This document shows positions 1 through 10,289 of a stretch of 64,000 nt of DNA, piece after piece (positions within the stretch are counted from its first letter, which is position 1; the number at the start of each line of letters is the position of its first letter). The notes below the pieces were generated by a model, which was not told the DNA's origin, ran no database searches, and saw only the letters and a list, made by a program, of their open reading frames with translations. A program made the position numbers and the translations under genes. The DNA lies in NCBI GenBank assembly GCA_963702845.1, contig OY969763.1, forward strand, positions 4,736,001-4,800,000, read 5' to 3'. Source of the DNA: an uncultured Verrucomicrobiae bacterium (GTDB taxonomy: Bacteria > Verrucomicrobiota > Verrucomicrobiia > Limisphaerales > Palsa-1400).

Positions 1-3000
1 CTGGAACTACAACGGCCCCACCAACGGTGCAGGCTCCGGTGCCAGCGTCAAAACCGCCGCCATTTCCTACAGCGCCGACAATGTCACTTATACAACAAAC
101 CTTCCGAGTGCCAACTTCAACGCCGCGCCCCTTCTCTTCACCAACTTCGGCCAAACCATCGACATGGGAGGAGTCTCAGCCCGTTACGTTCGCTTGAACG
201 TCACCACCATTTACTCCACCACCACAACCAGCAACCGCGTCGGCCTCGCCAAAGTCCAATTCATTGACGACACCGTCCCACCGACGGTAATCCTCGCCAC
301 CCGCAATTTCTCCGCCAACCAGGTCACCGTGCAGTTCTCCGAATCCATCCTGCCCTCAACCGCAACCAACATCGCCAACTACGGCATCCAGTCCGGCGGA
401 ACAAGCGCAACCATCCAAAGCGCCACGATGGGCACCTACAGCGACACCGTCGTCCTCCAAACGTCGCTACTCGATACAAATCTCACCTACACCATCACCG
501 CCCAAAACATCCGCGACGCCGCCAACACTATCAGCATCGCCAGCACCAATTTAACCATTGGCTCCGAATTAGTCGCGTGGCTCCAAGCCGATAACGGTGT
601 CACCGCCGACGGCAGCGGCTTCGTCAGCCAATGGAACGACCAATCCGGCAACGCCAATAACGCAGTCAATGCCACCAACGCTACCCAACCCACCCTGTCC
701 AGCGGCGTAATCAACGGGCTTCCCGCCGTGCACTTCGACGGCACATCCCAACTTCTCGAAATCCCATTCAATTCCACCCTCGTGGCCAATCGCGATTTCA
801 CTTTCTACATCGTGATGAGCGCCGACAGCGCGGACCCGGGCGCCGTGCAGGGCCCCATCAGCCTCTGTTACACCAACGTCCCCGGCCACTTTGATTTCCA
901 AATCGCGCGCACTACAGGCAAACTCTCGTTCCTTCGCGGCAATCGCTATGGACTATCCTCATTCGCCGCCACTGCTGCGATTACTCCGGGCCAATATTAC
1001 CTCGTCTCCTTCGTCATGCGCGGCACCAACGCGACCGCTTACTTGAACGGAAGCTTCAACGGTCGCAGCGCATTTACCACTGGAACATTCACGGTAGGAA
1101 ACGCCGTCCGAATCGGCCTGCGACAAGACTTAGCCACGAAATTCCGTGGAAATATTGCTGAAGCCATGCTGTTTCGCGGTGCCGTTTCAGACACCGAACG
1201 TTTGAATCTCGACACCTACATCGCCAACAAATACGCCCTCCCCATCGTCACCCTCGCTATCACCCAACAACCGACCAGCATCACCCGCCTCGCCGGCCAA
1301 CGCGCATCATTCGGAGTTGTCGCAACCGCCGGTTCGCCGACCATAAACTATCAATGGCAAAAAGGCGGCGTGAATATTCCCAACGCAACCAACTCCACTT
1401 ATACAACGCCCGTTACACTAGCCGACACCGGCACGTCTTATCAGGTGATCGTTTCCGTTCCAGGCGGATCGACCGCGACGAGCACGGCCGCGACCCTCAC
1501 TGTCCAGGCAAACACCCAAGCCCCGACCCTCATGTCCGCCAGCCGAGTTGCCAACAGCGCCACCGATATTCTCCTGGCTTATTCCATTGCAATGAATCCT
1601 GCCAGCGCGACCAGCATAGCAAATTATTCGCTCAACAACGGCGCGACAATTTCGTCCGCAATTGCTGGCAGTGCACCCAATCAGGTCATATTGACAACTT
1701 CCGGCCTGACCTCATCCAACGCCTATTATCTCTCTGCCCAAAACGTAAAGGACACTTTCAACAACACCATGGTCCCGACTTCAACGCTCGTGGTGCCCGC
1801 CAATCTCTCGATCTGGCTCAAAGCCGATGCCGGTGTCATTACCGATATTCCAAGCTCTATCAACGAATGGGACGACCAAAGCGCCAACACCAATAACGCT
1901 CTCCAATTTTCCCAATCCGATCGAATGCCCACCTACGCTTCCGGTGCCATCAACGGTTTGCCCACGGCCCGCTTCGATGGACTCAGCAACTATCTCGAAG
2001 CCGCCTCTTCCCCGAGCCTCGCCTTCAACGGCGACATGACCATCTACGTCATTGCCAATTTCGCCGACTTCACCGGCCCTCGCGAAATCCTTGGCAAAAC
2101 CCTCGCCAATCAACCCGCGCCATTTGATTACTACGCCCAAAACGCAACCACCCTGCGCTTCTATCGCGGCAACGGCACCGTCAACAGTTCCGCCGTCGGT
2201 GCAAAAAATATTTCAGCCGGCTCGCCTCATCTCCTCTCCGTCACGATGCAAGGCACAAACGTCAGCCAATATCTCGACAGCGCCCTCAATGCCACCGGCG
2301 GACTTTCCATAACCATTGCCGACGCCGGCACGCCTCTCAAAATCGGCTCGCGCGACGATCTTTTCCAGTTCATGAAAGGCGACATCTCCGAAATTATCAT
2401 CTTCAACTCCTCGATCTCAGCGAATGACCGCGCCGCCATCGACGGCTATCTCGGTGCAAAATATTTCCCAATCTCCTTCACCCAACAACCATCCGATGCC
2501 GCCGTCATCGAAGGCGCCACCGTGTCCTTCAACACAGCCGTTTCCGGAGTCGGTGTCTCCTATCAATGGTACGACGTCACCGCCGGAGGTTCAGTCGCGC
2601 TTCCGGGCCAAACCAGCACCAACCTCGTCTTCACCGCGCAAGCCACCCAGGACCAACATCAATATGCAATGGTCGTCACGGCAGGATTAACTTCAGTGAC
2701 CAGCTCCATCGTCACCCTCACCGTCCAAAGCAGCGCTCCCGTCATCACCTCCGATCTCCCGGCCGAATTACTCGCCTACACCGGCTCCACCATCAAACTC
2801 GCCGTAACCGCCCTTGGCTCCGCGCCCATCGCCTATCATTGGCAAAAGAATGGCGCAAACTTATCCGACACCGCGCAGCTCACCGGCTCCCATAGCAACA
2901 TCCTCACCATCGCCAACGCCCAGGCAGGCGACGCTGGCAGTTACCAACTCCTTCTCTCCAATTCCGTCGGCCCCAACAACAGCGTCCTCGCAACACTCGT

Positions 3001-3823
3001 CGTCGAATCGCGCCCGACCTTCAACACGGACGGCAATGGTTGGAAACTCAATGGCGGCTCAGGCATCGCCAACAATGTGCTCACCCTCACCGACGGCGCC
3101 GCCAGCCAAGGCCGCAGCGCCTACTTCACCTATCCGCTCTACATCAGATCCTTCGGTGCCGCCTTCACCTATCAAGACGTCAACACCGCAGGCGCAGACG
3201 GCGCTACCTTCATCCTTCAAAACGCCCCCGCCGGCATCTCAGCACTTGGCTCTGTCGGTGCCGGTTTAGGCTACGGCGGCATCACGCCCAGCTTCGCCAT
3301 CGAGTTCAACATTTTCGCGAACAACACCGTCGGCATCGCACTCCGCACAAACGGCGTCACCGGCAAACCCTACACAGCAACCACCCCCGTCAACATCGCC
3401 AGCGGTGATCCCATCAACGTCACAATTCTCTACGCCAACGGCACCCTCCAACTGACCCTTCAGGACACCATCACAACCGGTTCCTTCTCCACCAACCTCA
3501 CCATCGATCTTCCGACCGCACTCGGGGCCGACACGGCCTACGTCGGATTCACCGGTGGCAGTGGCGCAACCACCTCAACCCAACAAATCAGCAACTTCGC
3601 ATACCTGCCCTACCCAACCCTTTCCGCCCAACTCAACGGCAGTGGCAAAATCCTCCTCTCCTGGCCCGCGTCCATCGGTGGATACAACCTCCAAACAAAA
3701 TCCGACCTCAGCGCTGGCACATGGCAAAACTCCGGCGCGCCCATCACCCTCACCAACGGCCAAAACCAACTCCAGATCACACCAGTTGGCAGCGCCAATT
3801 TCTACCAACTCATCCTGCCGTAG
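1..3823 (+). CDS. Large secreted multidomain protein (discoidin/F5-8-like, Ig-like, two LamG-like, L-type lectin domain, Verrucomicrobia-type C-terminal domain); 5'-truncated by window
   Basis: Frame is open from base 2 (WNYNGPTNG...) into ORF 164..3823. It has two repeated WLxADxGV...W.DQS LamG-like modules, ITQQP...YQW Ig repeats, a legume-lectin motif (GADGATF, AYVGFTGGSG) and a C-terminal LSWP..GYNLQ...L...W segment. Confidence 0.8.
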   Translation, partial: WNYNGPTNGAGSGASVKTAAISYSADNVTYTTNLPSANFNAAPLLFTNFGQTIDMGGVSARYVRLNVTTIYSTTTTSNRVGLAKVQFIDDTVPPTVILATRNFSANQVTVQFSESILPSTATNIANYGIQSGGTSATIQSATMGTYSDTVVLQTSLLDTNLTYTITAQNIRDAANTISIASTNLTIGSELVAWLQADNGVTADGSGFVSQWNDQSGNANNAVNATNATQPTLSSGVINGLPAVHFDGTSQLLEIPFNSTLVANRDFTFYIVMSADSADPGAVQGPISLCYTNVPGHFDFQIARTTGKLSFLRGNRYGLSSFAATAAITPGQYYLVSFVMRGTNATAYLNGSFNGRSAFTTGTFTVGNAVRIGLRQDLATKFRGNIAEAMLFRGAVSDTERLNLDTYIANKYALPIVTLAITQQPTSITRLAGQRASFGVVATAGSPTINYQWQKGGVNIPNATNSTYTTPVTLADTGTSYQVIVSVPGGSTATSTAATLTVQANTQAPTLMSASRVANSATDILLAYSIAMNPASATSIANYSLNNGATISSAIAGSAPNQVILTTSGLTSSNAYYLSAQNVKDTFNNTMVPTSTLVVPANLSIWLKADAGVITDIPSSINEWDDQSANTNNALQFSQSDRMPTYASGAINGLPTARFDGLSNYLEAASSPSLAFNGDMTIYVIANFADFTGPREILGKTLANQPAPFDYYAQNATTLRFYRGNGTVNSSAVGAKNISAGSPHLLSVTMQGTNVSQYLDSALNATGGLSITIADAGTPLKIGSRDDLFQFMKGDISEIIIFNSSISANDRAAIDGYLGAKYFPISFTQQPSDAAVIEGATVSFNTAVSGVGVSYQWYDVTAGGSVALPGQTSTNLVFTAQATQDQHQYAMVVTAGLTSVTSSIVTLTVQSSAPVITSDLPAELLAYTGSTIKLAVTALGSAPIAYHWQKNGANLSDTAQLTGSHSNILTIANAQAGDAGSYQLLLSNSVGPNNSVLATLVVESRPTFNTDGNGWKLNGGSGIANNVLTLTDGAASQGRSAYFTYPLYIRSFGAAFTYQDVNTAGADGATFILQNAPAGISALGSVGAGLGYGGITPSFAIEFNIFANNTVGIALRTNGVTGKPYTATTPVNIASGDPINVTILYANGTLQLTLQDTITTGSFSTNLTIDLPTALGADTAYVGFTGGSGATTSTQQISNFAYLPYPTLSAQLNGSGKILLSWPASIGGYNLQTKSDLSAGTWQNSGAPITLTNGQNQLQITPVGSANFYQLILP

Positions 3824-3889
3824 AAACCCGACTTCAATCTTTGGATCGGCCGACGTGCGCAGGCTCGTCGTCCGTCCAATTCGTACAAA

Positions 3890-3918
3890 CAAAAACGGCG
3901 AGGTTTTCACCTCGCCGT
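3890..3918 (-). terminator. Intrinsic terminator of rplU-rpmA (possibly bidirectional)
   Basis: Perfect 10-bp stem ACGGCGAGGT-TTTC-ACCTCGCCGT, followed by a T-run on the minus strand. Confidence 0.7.
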
Positions 3919-3941
3919 CTGAAAAATTTCGCTGTGCTTAA

Positions 3942-4208
3942 CTAGTTCGACTTCGCAGCTGCGGCTTCCGCCAACACATTCACACGACGGCTACCTTTAT
4001 CGAACAACACCTTGCCATCCGCCAGGGCGAACAACGTCCAATCGCGGCCGGTGCCCACATTCTTACCCGCGACAAACTTCGAGCCGCGTTGACGAACGAT
4101 GATACTGCCGGCGGTGACGAACTGGCCGCCAAATTCTTTTACGCCGAGACGTTTGCTAACGCTATCACGGCCGTTACGAACACTTCCTTGTCCTTTTTTA
4201 TGTGCCAT
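3942..4208 (-). CDS. rpmA: 50S ribosomal protein L27
   Basis: [16 protein letters not shown]...RLGVK...GSIIVRQRG signature. Confidence 0.98.
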   Translation of the reverse strand: MAHKKGQGSVRNGRDSVSKRLGVKEFGGQFVTAGSIIVRQRGSKFVAGKNVGTGRDWTLFALADGKVLFDKGSRRVNVLAEAAAAKSN

Positions 4209-4220
4209 AAAATTGTCCTG

Positions 4221-4532
4221 TTAAGGTTTGATCTCTTTAATTTTGACGATGCTCAGCTCCTGGCGATGGCCGATCTTCTTGTGATAACCTTTGCGGCGCT
4301 TCATTTTGAAGCTCACCTTTTTCTCGCCGCGGATATGCTCCACGACATCCGCCACCACCGTCGCCTTGGCGATCAATGGCGAGCCGATGGTAAATTTGCC
4401 CTCGCTGCCGACGAACAACACCTTATCAAAGGTATGCGGTTTGCCTGCCTCGGTGGCAACGTGTTCAATTTCAAGCGTGTCACCAGCGGTGACGCGATAT
4501 TGTCTGCTTCCAGTTTCGATAACTGCGTACAT
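4221..4532 (-). CDS. rplU: 50S ribosomal protein L21
   Basis: [12 protein letters not shown]...KRRKGY.KKIGHRQ; start set at ATG 4532; upstream of rpmA. Confidence 0.97.
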   Translation of the reverse strand: MYAVIETGSRQYRVTAGDTLEIEHVATEAGKPHTFDKVLFVGSEGKFTIGSPLIAKATVVADVVEHIRGEKKVSFKMKRRKGYHKKIGHRQELSIVKIKEIKP

Positions 4533-4680
4533 AAAAAATAGTCCGGTTCTAAAAGAGCGGTAAATTCGACCAGAACGGATAGTCCGTGTCAACCTTTTCC
4601 GAGCCGCTGAATATTGCCTAAAAACTGCCAGATGCAAGCCGTTTGTTCGCGATTCTGTCCAAAACAACGGTAATTTTCAA

Positions 4681-4750
4681 CCCTTCGACATTTTGACCTC
4701 CGCCTTTCAACTCTGGCCCCTCGACCTTCGACCCTCGACTCTCGACCTTT
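4681..4750. repeat. Degenerate heptamer tandem repeats (YTCGACY); similar tract at 4961-4986
   Basis: ctcgaccttcgaccctcgactctcgacc; the two tracts flank the tRNA. Confidence 0.6.
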
Positions 4751-4834
4751 CCACGTCCGCACGATTCATTTTGACAATTACTTCTATCCGGCTACATTTT
4801 CGATCGTGAACCACAGGGAAATGTGGTTTTGGAT

Positions 4835-4910
4835 GGGGTCGTAGCTCAGTTGGTAGAGCACCACAATGGCATTGTGGGGGTCATCGGTTCGAACCCGTTC
4901 GGCTCCACCA
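4835..4910 (+). tRNA. tRNA-Ala (GGC)
   Basis: 76-nt cloverleaf GGGGTCG...CGGCTCCA-CCA with G3:U70 Ala identity pair, anticodon loop ATGGCAT, TTCGAAC T-loop and encoded CCA. Confidence 0.97.
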
Positions 4911-5028
4911 TCCTTCCTTTTCAATCGCTTACGTTCTGTTTTCCGCACCCTTTTGCTTTCGCCCTCTCGACTTTCGACCTTCGACCAATCCCAACTGTCA
5001 CACTTTTCCATTCCAAGCCACTCCCTAG

Positions 5029-6654
5029 ATGACTATGCTTTCAAACATCATCTCGGCTGAACCCATATCGACCGACGCCCAATTAGTTGAATCCGTTTTG
5101 AACGGCGACCGCGACGCCTTTGCCCAGCTCGTCGCCAAATACCAAAACCCCATCGCCGCCTTCACTTACAGCGGCTGTGGTGACATCAGCCGGAGCGAGG
5201 ATCTTGCCCAGGAAACATTCATCATCGCCTGGCGCAAACTCCGCGACCTCAAAGAACCCGCCAAATTCAAAAGCTGGCTCTTCGGCATCGCCCGCAACCT
5301 CATCCACAACTCCGCGCGCCGCCAAACCCGCAACCCGCTCGCCACCTCCGACCCAATCGATGAAAATTTGACCAGCACCGCTCTTGCCGCCAACCCAACC
5401 GACCACGCCATCACCAAAGAAGAACAAGCCATCCTTTGGCAGGCCCTCGAACACATCCCGGAACCCTACCGCGAGCCGCTGGTCCTTTTCTACCGTGAAC
5501 ACCAATCCATCCAACGCGTCTCCCAAACCCTCGACCTCACCGAAGAAACCACGCGCCAACGCCTCTCGCGCGGCCGCAAACTCCTCCACGAACGCGTCAT
5601 CGCCTTCGTCGAAGGCGCACTCCAACAAACCGCGCCAGACCAAACCTTCACCGCCGGAGTCCTCGCGGCTCTGCCTACTGCTGCGGCAACCACAGCGACA
5701 TTGACCGCCTCATCCATCAAAGGCACCGCTGGCAAAACCGCCGCATCCATCGGCCTCAAAATCTTTCTTGTGCCATTCCTCTGGCTCCTCGGCGCGCTCG
5801 CGGCGACATGGTCGTCGATCTTCAAACTGACCAACTCGAAGCGCGAACGAAAATACGCCATCAAAGCCGCCATCGTTTTCTGGACCTACAACATCATTTG
5901 GGCCGCGTTCTGGATCGTGCTGCAAGCATATGGCGATTGGCGACATCACCACAAAGCGCTGACCCTGACCTTGGACATCTCGATGATTCCATACGCCATC
6001 GGTCTCTACGCCATGTTCTCCGTCAATAGGCGCACCCAACGTCGCATTCGCATCGAAGAATCCGGCATGACCACCGACCCCGGCCTTCTGGGCACCGGCC
6101 AGCCATTCGAATGGCGCAGCCGCCGCGAATTCCTGGGCGTCCCCCTCGTTCACGTCCGTTTCAACCCGGAGTTGAAAGACAAAACCGCTGCCAAAGGTTG
6201 GATCGCCATCGGCACGCGCGCTCACGGAATCGTTTTCGCCGCAGGCGGACTCGCCGTCGCGCCGATTGCCTGGGGTGCATTGGCGATCGGCATCGTGGGC
6301 CTCGGCGGCTTCGGCATTGGTGTGCTCGCCTTCGGCGGCATTGCTATTGGCTGCGCTGCAGTCGGCGGCGCCGCGATTGGCTACATGGCGTATGGCGGAA
6401 TGTCGCTGGCCTGGCTCGCTGCATATGGTGGCGCTCCCATCGCGCACGACTTCGCCATCGGTGGCCAAGGCCTTGCCGCGCACGTCAACGACGATGCCGC
6501 GCACGCATTCTTCGATCAAAGCCTCTTCTTCCGCTTCGCCGGCCCATTCACTGGTGTCATGGTCACGGTATCGTGGCTTTTCCCACTCGCGACCGTCTGG
6601 TTCAAAAAGCGGTTTGGGAAACGAACTGAAAACACTTTGAATCTCGCGAAATAA
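5029..6654 (+). CDS. ECF sigma-70 factor with C-terminal transmembrane and Gly-rich extension
   Basis: Region 2 (EDLAQETFIIAW...F.SWLFGIARN) and region 4 (YREPLVLFY...RQRLSRGRKLL), then hydrophobic helices and AKGWIAIG Gly-rich repeats. Confidence 0.85.
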   Translation: MTMLSNIISAEPISTDAQLVESVLNGDRDAFAQLVAKYQNPIAAFTYSGCGDISRSEDLAQETFIIAWRKLRDLKEPAKFKSWLFGIARNLIHNSARRQTRNPLATSDPIDENLTSTALAANPTDHAITKEEQAILWQALEHIPEPYREPLVLFYREHQSIQRVSQTLDLTEETTRQRLSRGRKLLHERVIAFVEGALQQTAPDQTFTAGVLAALPTAAATTATLTASSIKGTAGKTAASIGLKIFLVPFLWLLGALAATWSSIFKLTNSKRERKYAIKAAIVFWTYNIIWAAFWIVLQAYGDWRHHHKALTLTLDISMIPYAIGLYAMFSVNRRTQRRIRIEESGMTTDPGLLGTGQPFEWRSRREFLGVPLVHVRFNPELKDKTAAKGWIAIGTRAHGIVFAAGGLAVAPIAWGALAIGIVGLGGFGIGVLAFGGIAIGCAAVGGAAIGYMAYGGMSLAWLAAYGGAPIAHDFAIGGQGLAAHVNDDAAHAFFDQSLFFRFAGPFTGVMVTVSWLFPLATVWFKKRFGKRTENTLNLAK

Positions 6655-6679
6655 AAATCGTTCATTCCTAGCAGCCGAG

Positions 6680-6710
6680 GCCTGTCCCCCGTAGCCTTGG
6701 CGAAGGTGAA
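6680..6710 (+). repeat. Short dispersed palindromic repeat; related copy at 16978-17010
   Basis: GCCTGTCCCCCGTAGCCTTGGCGAAGGTGAA vs GCCTGTCCTCCATAGCTTCACGCGAAGGAGGAA. Confidence 0.55.
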
Positions 6711-6818
6711 TAACGAGGCTCTAACTTCCCTACGTGTGAATCCTGGTTACATTTGAGCCGGTCTCTCCCCCCATTCTATTGACGCGGAACTTTCCCGGCC
6801 CGATGCTGTTTACCTGGT

Positions 6819-8015
6819 ATGACGCTGCAAAACCTTATCGCCACCGCTCACGAAAACGGCGCAAGCGATTTGCATCTTGAAGCCGGCATGCCACCGGCTA
6901 TCCGCGTCCGTGGCGCGCTGCGACTTTTCAGCGATCCCATCGCTGCCGAAACCCTTCTCGCCGCCGCCAAAGAAATCATTGGCCAACACCATTGGCCCGC
7001 GTTTCTCGAACGTCGTTCTTACGACCTCTCGAAAACTATTTGCGGCGCGCGTTGTCGCATCAACATTCTCCAAACATCACGCGGCATCGGTTTTGCCATT
7101 CGATTACTGCCCGCGTTTCAAGCCACGCTCGACACCCTCAACCTGCATCCTGATCTAAAAAAACTCGTAGACCATTCCAACGGCCTCGTTCTCATTAGCG
7201 GTCCGACTGGTAGTGGCAAAACTTCGACCCTCGCCGCGCTTATCCAAACCATCAACCTCGGCGCGGAAGTTAAACACATCGTCACCGTTGAGAGCCCGAT
7301 CGAATATTCCTTTCGTCCGCGTCGCGCCTTCATCCGCCAGCGCGAAGTCGGCCGCGACACACCCAGCTTCGAGCAAGCGTTGCTCGACAGCTTGCGCGAA
7401 GATCCCGATGTCCTGATGGTCGGAGAAATGCGCGATCCCGAAACGATGCGCCTGACCCTCAACGCCGCCGAAACCGGCCATCTCGTTTTTGCTACCGTCC
7501 ATTCCTCGACTTGCGCTGAAGCCCTGCAACGCGTCGTCAGCGCGTTCCCTGCTGAAATCCAAAACAACGTCGCCGCGCAACTCGCCGATTGCCTCATCGG
7601 CGTTGTCTCCCAACGACTCCAATTCCGTCAGAGCCAAAACATCGTCGTGCCCGAATGTGAAATTCTCCTTTCGAGCCATCCGGTGAAAAACTTCATCCGC
7701 AACCGCGACTTTTTCAAAATCCAAACGGTTTTGGAAACCGGCGCAGAACACGGCATGTGGACCTTCGCGCGCTATCGCACATGGCTCGAGAAACGCACCA
7801 ATTTCCACGTCCCGACAGCCACCGTCGAACCCGAAGAACCCGAGGCAATCGAACCCGAAATCACGTTACCAAATATCCGCACCACAAAAACAAAACCCGA
7901 AGAACCCGAACGCGCGCCCGTGCCACAGAAGCCATCATCCGGAGCGCCGCCTTCGTCCGGCCGAATCGAAATCGAGCCCGACGAAGAATTCGAAAAAATC
8001 CTCAAAAAACCATAA
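6819..8015 (+). CDS. pilT: PilT/PilU family type IV pilus retraction ATPase
   Basis: ASDLHL, GPTGSGKTST, ESPIEY, QREVG.DT, LREDPDVLMVGEMRD.ET, AETGHLVFATVH motifs. Confidence 0.88.
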   Translation: MTLQNLIATAHENGASDLHLEAGMPPAIRVRGALRLFSDPIAAETLLAAAKEIIGQHHWPAFLERRSYDLSKTICGARCRINILQTSRGIGFAIRLLPAFQATLDTLNLHPDLKKLVDHSNGLVLISGPTGSGKTSTLAALIQTINLGAEVKHIVTVESPIEYSFRPRRAFIRQREVGRDTPSFEQALLDSLREDPDVLMVGEMRDPETMRLTLNAAETGHLVFATVHSSTCAEALQRVVSAFPAEIQNNVAAQLADCLIGVVSQRLQFRQSQNIVVPECEILLSSHPVKNFIRNRDFFKIQTVLETGAEHGMWTFARYRTWLEKRTNFHVPTATVEPEEPEAIEPEITLPNIRTTKTKPEEPERAPVPQKPSSGAPPSSGRIEIEPDEEFEKILKKP

Positions 8016-8149
8016 TTTTTCCCCTCTTCGCTTCCCGCAAAACTTACTTTTCAGCCTTTAGCCTTCAGCCTTTTCTGTCGCCCGCGGCGTTCTTTCCTCC
8101 CCGCCCTCGCCACCGTCTGATTCAAAAACGCTTTAGCAAACGCCTCGAT

Positions 8150-8803
8150 TCACTGCAAAAAGTAATCTATATGCACGAACGTGGGCGGCAGGTCATATGG
8201 CGAGAAGTCGGAATAGAGCAGCCAGAAATATTCGATGCCAACAACTTTGCTTATGATTTCCATGGCGTATCTATCCGTAGGATAGATTTTTCTGTGCTCT
8301 CCGGTCATTTTGGACCGCGGCACCGCCCACGTCGGACGACCTTTTTTCTTATTTCGCTGTATCTCTGCCCTTAATTCCTCCTCCGTCATTCTAAAATCAA
8401 CTGGTGTGGCAACTATTTTGGGCTCGAGCAGTGCCAGGACGCGATCCTTGTCAGGTTTGGTCGGGCATAAATCCAGAATTGCGCGGCGCACGAAAAGTAA
8501 ACCTTTGATTGCGGGACGTGGATGACTGTCCAGTGGCTGGCCGCCACGATACAGCCAGAAGCTGAACCCGTCTTCGCCCTGCAAAAACCCAAATACATAG
8601 GCGTCGCTTAATGCCAATGATAAGTCACGCGACAGCTCTGCTAACTTCGTGCCGCCGTGATCTTCGTTGCGTTTATCGTAAACGCCGACCCAATCGGCAC
8701 CGGAAATACCGACATAATAGTCGTACTGCTTAAGCAATCGCAGCGCGGCGGTGACCTGTTCCACCGACTGCATGCGCACGTGAATTGATCCAAACCATCC
8801 CAT
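8150..8803 (-). CDS. Hypothetical protein
   Basis: 217-aa ATG ORF filling the gap between flanking genes; globular composition. Confidence 0.6.
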   Translation of the reverse strand: MGWFGSIHVRMQSVEQVTAALRLLKQYDYYVGISGADWVGVYDKRNEDHGGTKLAELSRDLSLALSDAYVFGFLQGEDGFSFWLYRGGQPLDSHPRPAIKGLLFVRRAILDLCPTKPDKDRVLALLEPKIVATPVDFRMTEEELRAEIQRNKKKGRPTWAVPRSKMTGEHRKIYPTDRYAMEIISKVVGIEYFWLLYSDFSPYDLPPTFVHIDYFLQ

Positions 8804-8965
8804 ATATGGAAATTGCTGCGTACAATAGTCGCGTCAATTCCGAATTAAAACGCAAGAGTTTAGATCTGCATTCAAGCTCTCGCAACTTCCGCCGCGGAAC
8901 GTTGCAAAAAAATTTCTATGCTTCAGCTGAGACGCAATTTCCCTTAATTTTGTCGTTAATCGACT

Positions 8966-10129
8966 ATGCTGCACCGTTTTTCAAAATTAAGTGGCTGGAT
9001 TGGAATTGTTCTGTTGGCGTTTGCGGGTGAATCCGTTTGCGCTCGTCCGCAAGCACCCCACGAAATCAAATCCTACAATATTGATTTCAACTGGGGCCCT
9101 GGCGGCCCCAACGCCTTCCCCAATCCTGGCCTGTGGGCGGATGCTGACCCGGCGGCGCATGTCGCTTGGTATAAAAGCATCGGCTGCAACGTCATTCAGA
9201 CCTTCTGCGTCTCTTGCAACGGCTATGCCTGGTACAAGAAAGGCGTCGTGCCTGAACAACCTGGCCTGAAGCATGATTTCCTGCCCGAAATGGTCAAGCT
9301 GGCACACCGGCAAAACATGCTGGTCATGGGTTACTTCTGCGCTGGCTCCAACACTCGCTGGGGCCAAATGCATCCCGACCTGAGTTACGGTTTTCCTTCC
9401 GAACCGCACATTCCTTTCACCGACGAATACCTCGCCTATCTCGACAGCGCCATCCGTGACGCCGTGAAAAAGACCGGCATCGACGGTTTCATGATGGATT
9501 GGCTGCGCATGCCCACCAGCCGAAAGAGCAACCACGACCATTGGCTGGACTGCGAGAAAAAGCTTTATGCGCAACTGATGGGCACGGCCTTCCCCGGCGA
9601 GACCAACATCACCCAGGTCCAAATGACCGAATACGGACGCAAAGCCGTCGATCGTTGTTGGCAAACCATTCGCAAAGCCGCCAGGGAAACCAATCCTCGC
9701 TGTCTGGTCTGGCTGACCTGCTGCGACATCAACGATCCGGACATCGCCAACTCCCGAGCGCTGAAAGAGACCGACTGGCTGCTCAACGAAGCGGGCGACT
9801 CTGCGCGCACCGAGGCCGCACAGAAAATGATCGGTCCGCGCACGCGGCTTATCACCTGCCTTGCGTTGTGGAATAAACAGGATGCGAACCTCATCGTTCC
9901 GGCGGCGAGAAAAGCCGGCATCGGCCTGTTTGGCTTCACCAAACCCACCCAAGGCAATCTGAAACCGCCGGCTTCCTTCTATCTCCAAAAACCGACGCAG
10001 TCCTTTCAAGGTGACGACCTCAACATCGCCGTTCTGGCGCGCACCTATTTGGGACTGCCGCAGGATTTTGTCCAGCCAGCAACCGAAACCCCGGTGCCAA
10101 AGCCAAACCCAGGAGCCGATCCGCGATGA
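8966..10129 (+). CDS. Secreted putative glycoside hydrolase (TIM barrel, alpha-L-fucosidase GH29/GH151-like)
   Basis: Signal peptide; NGYAWY, PGLKHDFLPEMV.LAH and GIDGFMMDW motifs. Confidence 0.6.
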   Translation: MLHRFSKLSGWIGIVLLAFAGESVCARPQAPHEIKSYNIDFNWGPGGPNAFPNPGLWADADPAAHVAWYKSIGCNVIQTFCVSCNGYAWYKKGVVPEQPGLKHDFLPEMVKLAHRQNMLVMGYFCAGSNTRWGQMHPDLSYGFPSEPHIPFTDEYLAYLDSAIRDAVKKTGIDGFMMDWLRMPTSRKSNHDHWLDCEKKLYAQLMGTAFPGETNITQVQMTEYGRKAVDRCWQTIRKAARETNPRCLVWLTCCDINDPDIANSRALKETDWLLNEAGDSARTEAAQKMIGPRTRLITCLALWNKQDANLIVPAARKAGIGLFGFTKPTQGNLKPPASFYLQKPTQSFQGDDLNIAVLARTYLGLPQDFVQPATETPVPKPNPGADPR

Positions 10130-10157
10130 GGCGCATCGTTCCCCTGACATAGCTCGC

Positions 10158-10289
10158 CGTAGCGCAGGTTTCCAAACCTGCTGTATCGCCGACTTCCAAG
10201 TCGGCAGGCGTAACCGAACCCGTGCAGGTTTGGAAAGCCGAACGTCGGCCTCGCCGTGCGATACAGCAGACTTGGAAGTCTGCGCTACG
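10158..10289. repeat. GTAG-type REP-like inverted repeat pair
   Basis: CGTAGCGCAGGTTTCCAAACCTGCTGTATCGC ... GCGATACAGCAGACTTGGAAGTCTGCGCTACG; same family flanks argS. Confidence 0.85.

Noticed and set aside
4835..4910. tRNA-Ala as integration site of an island
   Set aside because: No duplicated tRNA 3' end and no integrase noticed downstream.
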